From positions 1-16,762 of the forward strand of contig JBBIUY010000047.1 of assembly GCA_037440005.1 (NCBI GenBank): DNA of 16,762 bases, in the 5' to 3' direction. The notes below the pieces were generated by a model that saw nothing but the letters and a program-made list of their open reading frames with translations, had not been told where the DNA came from and did no database searches. A program made the translations under genes and the position numbers. The stretch is from Armatimonadota bacterium. GTDB taxonomy: Bacteria > Sysuimicrobiota > Sysuimicrobiia > Sysuimicrobiales > Kaftiobacteriaceae. Positions 13,312-16,762 of this stretch are shown here, in pieces (the stretch's first letter is position 1; each line of letters starts with the position of its first letter).

Positions 13312-13737
13312 TCAGCCGACGATCTGGATCCCCATGGAGCGGGCCGTGCCCTCGATCATGCGCATGGCCGCCTCCAGGTCGGTGGTGTTGAGGTCCCGCA
13401 TCTTCTGCCGGGCGATCTCCCGCAGCTGGGCCCGGGTGATCTTGCCCACCGGCGTCTTGTTGGGCTCCCCCGACCCCTTCTCCACCCCCGCCGCCTGGCG
13501 CAGCAGGACCGAGGCCGGGGGGGTCTTGGTCACGAAGGAGAAGGTCCGGTCGGCGTAGATGGTGATCTCCACCGGCACGATGGTGCCGGCCATGGAGGCG
13601 GTCCGTTCGTTGTAGGCCTTACAGAACTCCATGATGTTGACCCCGTGCTGTCCCAGGGCCGGGCCCACCGGGGGCGCCGGCGTGGCCTTGCCCGCCGGGA
13701 TCTGCAGCTTGACCACCGCCACGACCTTCTTGGCCAT
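13312..13737 (-). CDS. rplK: 50S ribosomal protein L11
   Basis: MAKKV...[34 protein letters not shown]...[17 protein letters not shown] upstream. Confidence 0.98.
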   Translation of the reverse strand: MAKKVVAVVKLQIPAGKATPAPPVGPALGQHGVNIMEFCKAYNERTASMAGTIVPVEITIYADRTFSFVTKTPPASVLLRQAAGVEKGSGEPNKTPVGKITRAQLREIARQKMRDLNTTDLEAAMRMIEGTARSMGIQIVG

Positions 13738-13752
13738 CCCGCGCTCCTCCGC

Positions 13753-14421
13753 CTACACCTTCTCCACGTCGCCGAAGTTGAGCTCCACCGGGGTGGCCCG
13801 GCCGAAGATGGACACCAGGACGCGGACCTTCTCCTTTTCCACCATGACCTCGTCCACCACCCCGGTGAAGTCGGCGAACGGGCCGGTGGTGATCCGCACC
13901 TGGGATCCCTTCTGAAAGGCGATCCGGTACCGGGGCGGCTCCTCCCGCAGCCGCTTGAGCAGCCGCTTGACCTCCTGGTCGTCCAGGGGCACCGGGCGGT
14001 TGCCCGACCCCACGAATCCCGTCACCCCCGGCGTGTTCCGCACCACGTACCAGGAGTCGTCGTCCATCACCATCTCCACCAGAACGTAGCCCGGGTAGAT
14101 CTTGCGGTCCACCTCCCGGCGCTTGCCTCCCTTGATCTCCTTCTCCTTCTCGGTGGGGACCAGCACCTGGAAGATCTTCTCCCCGCCCTGGGACCGCATG
14201 GACTGCATGCGCCGCTCCAGGTTCGACTTCACCTTGTTCTCATAGCCCGAATAGGTGTGGATGACGTACCACCGGGCCCGGGGGTCCCGGGGTTTCTCCT
14301 CCGCCTCCTCCGGGGCGGCTTCGGGCTCCGTCTCGACCGGCTCCGCCGGAGGCGCTTCCGCCACCGGCTCGTCGGCGAAGATCTCCTTGATTTTCTGCTC
14401 GATGGAGGGGTCGTTGAGCAT
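13753..14421 (-). CDS. nusG: Transcription elongation factor NusG with an acidic N-terminal extension
   Basis: NGN motifs WYVIHTYSGYENKVK, YPGYVLVEM and VRNTPGVTGFVG, plus KOW GPFADFTG...VSIFGRATPVEL. ATG 14421 follows GGTGGTG; GTG 14430 is possible. Confidence 0.97.
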   Translation of the reverse strand: MLNDPSIEQKIKEIFADEPVAEAPPAEPVETEPEAAPEEAEEKPRDPRARWYVIHTYSGYENKVKSNLERRMQSMRSQGGEKIFQVLVPTEKEKEIKGGKRREVDRKIYPGYVLVEMVMDDDSWYVVRNTPGVTGFVGSGNRPVPLDDQEVKRLLKRLREEPPRYRIAFQKGSQVRITTGPFADFTGVVDEVMVEKEKVRVLVSIFGRATPVELNFGDVEKV

Positions 14422-14467
14422 CAACACCACCGCCGGGACCGGACGCCGTCCCGGCCCGCGACCTCGG

Positions 14468-14740
14468 TCAGCGCACCAGAACCCGGGTGAAGATCCAGGT
14501 GAACAGGGCGTCCCAGGCGCCCAGGTACGCCGCCAGGATCACCAGAACCGCCACCACCACCGCCGTGGAGGCCACCAGCTCGGTCCGGCCGGGCCAGTCC
14601 ACCCGCCGCAGCTCCACCCAGACCTCCCGCAGGTAGCGGGTGACGCGCTCGACCAGGGCGGGCAGCCGCCGGGCTGCCGCCGGCCGGGGAACGACCCGGG
14701 CGGGAGTCGGCGTCGCGTTCGCCTGCGTCAGTCGGGCCAT
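14468..14740 (-). CDS. secE: Preprotein translocase subunit SecE (single TM type)
   Basis: YLREVWVELRRVDWPGRTEL (E..kV.WP motif) followed by one hydrophobic helix ending in D..F; directly upstream of nusG. Confidence 0.95.
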   Translation of the reverse strand: MARLTQANATPTPARVVPRPAAARRLPALVERVTRYLREVWVELRRVDWPGRTELVASTAVVVAVLVILAAYLGAWDALFTWIFTRVLVR

Positions 14741-14784
14741 GGGGACCTCGCCAAAACAAAAAAAGACTCAAACGGCCACCGCTC

Positions 14785-14813
14785 ATTATAGGGGGAGGGG
14801 TCCGGGGTGTCAA
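14785..14813 (-). promoter_or_regulatory. Perfect-consensus sigma70 promoter for secE-nusG-rplK-rplA
   Basis: Minus strand TTGACA (14813-14808) - 17 nt - TATAAT (14790-14785). Confidence 0.9.
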
Positions 14814-14831
14814 CGCGGCGCCCACACGGGG

Positions 14832-16136
14832 TCACCCGCGGATGCGCCGACCGGACAGGGGGCGGAGCTGGCGGGCCTCGGACTTGTGTCGGTACATGTG
14901 CCGGTCTGCCTCCCGCAGCACGTCCTCCACGGTGTGCCCCGGCCGCCACGCGGCCACCCCGATGCTCAGCGCCAGGGACGGAGCGCCGTCCGCCGGGCGG
15001 TCCAGGGCGTCCAGCAGGCGCCGGGCCACGGCGCCCGCCTGGGCTTCGTCGGTCCGGGGCATCAGGATGAGAAACTCGTCCCCGCCCCACCGGATCACCT
15101 CGTCGGCGGCCCGCACGTGCGTCCGGAGGAACCGCGCCGCCTGCCTGAGCAGCTCGTCCCCGGCCAGGTGACCGTACCGGTTGTTGACCTCCCGCAGCCC
15201 GTTGACGTCCACCACCGCGAGGGCGAACGGCTGGCCGTACCGCTCCGCCTGGACGACCTCCCGCCGGACGATCTCGTGGAAGAAGTGCCGGTTGTACAGC
15301 CCCGTCAGCGGGTCGGTGACCGCCAGCTGGCGGATCTGCGCCCGGTCCCGCAGCACCCGGTCCATAACCGCGTCCAGGGCCCGTTCGAACCTCTGCACTT
15401 CGTCCCGCACCGGACCGGGGAGGTCTGCAGCTCCCGCCTGGGAGCCGGGGAGGTGTCCGCCGACTCCCAGACGCTCCGCGCGCGCCAGGGCCCGGTGCAG
15501 GGGAGCCACCACCGTGACCCGGGCGGTCAGGTAGAGCAGGCCCACCAGGATGGCCAGCGTCGCCGCCGTCGTGAGCGCCGCCCACCGGATGAAGACCTGC
15601 AGCCGGCGGTCGCGCTCCTCCAGGGAGGCGTAGATCCCCACGGCGGCGACCACCCGACCGTCCCGGCGCAGGGGAAGGACGACCTCCAGGAGCCGGCGGC
15701 CGCCGTCGGTGAGTTCGTGGACGGATGCCCGGCCGGTCCGCAGCGGCTCCACGTCGTGCGAGCCCACCGGCCCGCCGGCGGTCCCGTCACTGCTGTACAC
15801 TCTCGGGAACGCGTCCCCCGACCGGGCGTAAAGGGTGACGCGGACGATCTCCGGATACCGGACCAGCAGGTGGGAGACGTGCCGGTGCACCCGGTCGACG
15901 TCGGTGACGTCGAATCCGAGCACGCCCACCTCGTGGTCCAGGACCGCCGCCGCTCCCCGGGCGCGCTCCGCGTACTGGGCGGTCAGGGCCGCCCGCTGGG
16001 CGCGGTATCCCAGGGCGGCGAGGCCGGCGGCGGCCAGGACCACCAGCAGGGCCAGAGGCGCGAACAGCTTGAAGCCGAGGCTGGTGGAGGCGTGGATCCG
16101 ACGCCACCGCTCGCGCAGCGTCCTCGCCAGGGACAT
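14832..16136 (-). CDS. Membrane-bound sensor diguanylate cyclase (TM - extracytoplasmic sensor - TM - HAMP-like - GGDEF), 434 aa
   Basis: Motifs TDPLTGLYNR, DVNGLREVNNRYGHLAGDELL, RAAD (RxxD I-site) five residues before GGDEF, SIGVA and ADRHMY..K. Two hydrophobic segments (LFAPLALLVVLAAAGLAALGY; WAALTTAATLAILVGLLYL). HAMP-like PL..A..AE.L...DEV..F..A.D.V. Confidence 0.93.
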   Translation of the reverse strand: MSLARTLRERWRRIHASTSLGFKLFAPLALLVVLAAAGLAALGYRAQRAALTAQYAERARGAAAVLDHEVGVLGFDVTDVDRVHRHVSHLLVRYPEIVRVTLYARSGDAFPRVYSSDGTAGGPVGSHDVEPLRTGRASVHELTDGGRRLLEVVLPLRRDGRVVAAVGIYASLEERDRRLQVFIRWAALTTAATLAILVGLLYLTARVTVVAPLHRALARAERLGVGGHLPGSQAGAADLPGPVRDEVQRFERALDAVMDRVLRDRAQIRQLAVTDPLTGLYNRHFFHEIVRREVVQAERYGQPFALAVVDVNGLREVNNRYGHLAGDELLRQAARFLRTHVRAADEVIRWGGDEFLILMPRTDEAQAGAVARRLLDALDRPADGAPSLALSIGVAAWRPGHTVEDVLREADRHMYRHKSEARQLRPLSGRRIRG

Positions 16137-16288
16137 CGGTCGCCATCCCCCGCGCGGGTTTTACATCCCTCCTGCCCGCGGGATTGTACGCCCAGACCCT
16201 GCGGGGAGCGGGTGACGGTCTGCCCCGACGAGCCCTGAGGGGGACGGATCCTCCGTAAGCGCTCCGGGAGGCTCACGCGGGATCGAGA

Positions 16289-16365
<77 letters not shown>

Positions 16366-16375
16366 ACCGGTCCTA

Positions 16376-16405
16376 AATCTACACAATCCCTCCGGTCGTG
16401 ATCAA
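16376..16405 (-). promoter_or_regulatory. Putative promoter for tRNA-Trp
   Basis: Minus strand TTGATC - 18 nt - TAGATT, 10 nt upstream of the tRNA 5' end; an AT-richer patch in a GC-rich spacer. Confidence 0.5.
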
Positions 16406-16515
16406 TCTCCCCGGCCGGAGTCTGCCCCCCGGCGTTCCCGGGGGCCGGGACGACCTTCCCCGGCCGCCCCCGGCCCCGGGCCGGCGGGGCGGCAGGGGAG
16501 ATGACGGCGGTCAGG

Positions 16516-16668
16516 TCAGCGGGTTTCGCGGTGCAGGGTGTGCTTGCGGCACCACGGGCAATACTTGCGCAGCTCGATCCGGTCGGGATCGTTCTTCTTG
16601 TTCTTGGTGGTGGTGTAGTTCCGCCGCTTGCAGGTCGTGCAGGCCAGCGTGATGATGTCCCTCGGCAT
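16516..16668 (-). CDS. rpmG: 50S ribosomal protein L33, zinc-ribbon (C+) form, 50 aa (not in ORF track)
   Basis: Manual translation [50 protein letters not shown], with two CxxC pairs. Confidence 0.97.
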   Translation of the reverse strand: MPRDIITLACTTCKRRNYTTTKNKKNDPDRIELRKYCPWCRKHTLHRETR

Positions 16669-16702
16669 CGTCTCAGCACCCGTCTCGTCGACCTCTCACG
16701 GC

Positions 16703-16730
16703 GTTGGAGGTTGAAGGTTGAAGGTTGGAC
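16703..16730. repeat. Heptamer tandem repeat, 4 copies (GTTGGAG GTTGAAG GTTGAAG GTTGGAC)
   Basis: Read directly from the sequence, upstream of rpmG. Confidence 0.8.
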
Positions 16731-16762
16731 CCCCCTCACCCCAACCCTCTCCCCCGGCCGGG
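16730..16762. repeat. Pyrimidine-rich left arm of a BoxC-like extragenic palindromic element (truncated by the window edge)
   Basis: CCCCCCTCACCCCAACCCTCTCCCCCGGCCGGG resembles the widespread CCCTCACCC.AACCCTCTCCC...GGGAGAGGG element. The right arm is not visible. Confidence 0.6.

Noticed and set aside
13284..13315. CTGA...GTGATGA (box D/box C-like k-turn) or an L1-binding site in the rplK-rplA spacer
   Set aside because: The flanking stems are only about 2 bp, CTGA is simply the rplK stop codon, and no convincing L1-site geometry is visible.
14853..14867. CTCCGCCCCCTG at the end of the GGDEF gene, resembling the tRNA-Trp 3' end (possible att duplication)
   Set aside because: Only about 9 nt of exact GC-rich match, inside the coding sequence, with no integrase present; this is expected by chance.
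16137..16288. Possible c-di-GMP riboswitch upstream of the GGDEF gene
   Set aside because: No class I (GGCAAAC / GNRA-receptor) or class II signature is recognisable; there are only generic GC hairpins.

Overview
A very GC-rich (about 70% by eye) bacterial core-genome window. It carries the rif/str superoperon entirely on the minus strand, in transcription order: rpmG - tRNA-Trp(CCA) - [membrane GGDEF diguanylate cyclase] - secE - nusG - rplK - rplA - (L10 leader) rplJ - rplL - rpoB - rpoC - L7Ae-family gene - rpsL - rpsG - fusA - tuf (5' end only). The rpoC-L7Ae-rpsL order and compact beta' point to a Terrabacteria lineage (Firmicutes-like or Armatimonadota/CSP1-3-like; this is inference only). 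Most of the window is ordinary housekeeping DNA and I see no clear new multi-gene system. The points worth following up are: a c-di-GMP sensor-cyclase gene interrupting the normally contiguous tRNA-Trp-secE junction; an 83-aa beta-rich insertion in RpoB; substitutions at highly conserved antibiotic-target positions (S12 K88P, beta' bridge helix HGQRKG/TSES); an 18/19-nt motif shared by the rplJ and rpsL leaders; a U-tract leader ahead of secE-nusG; and long structured leaders ahead of rpoB and rpsL. The very long overlapping and antisense ORFs in the track are GC/codon-bias artefacts.
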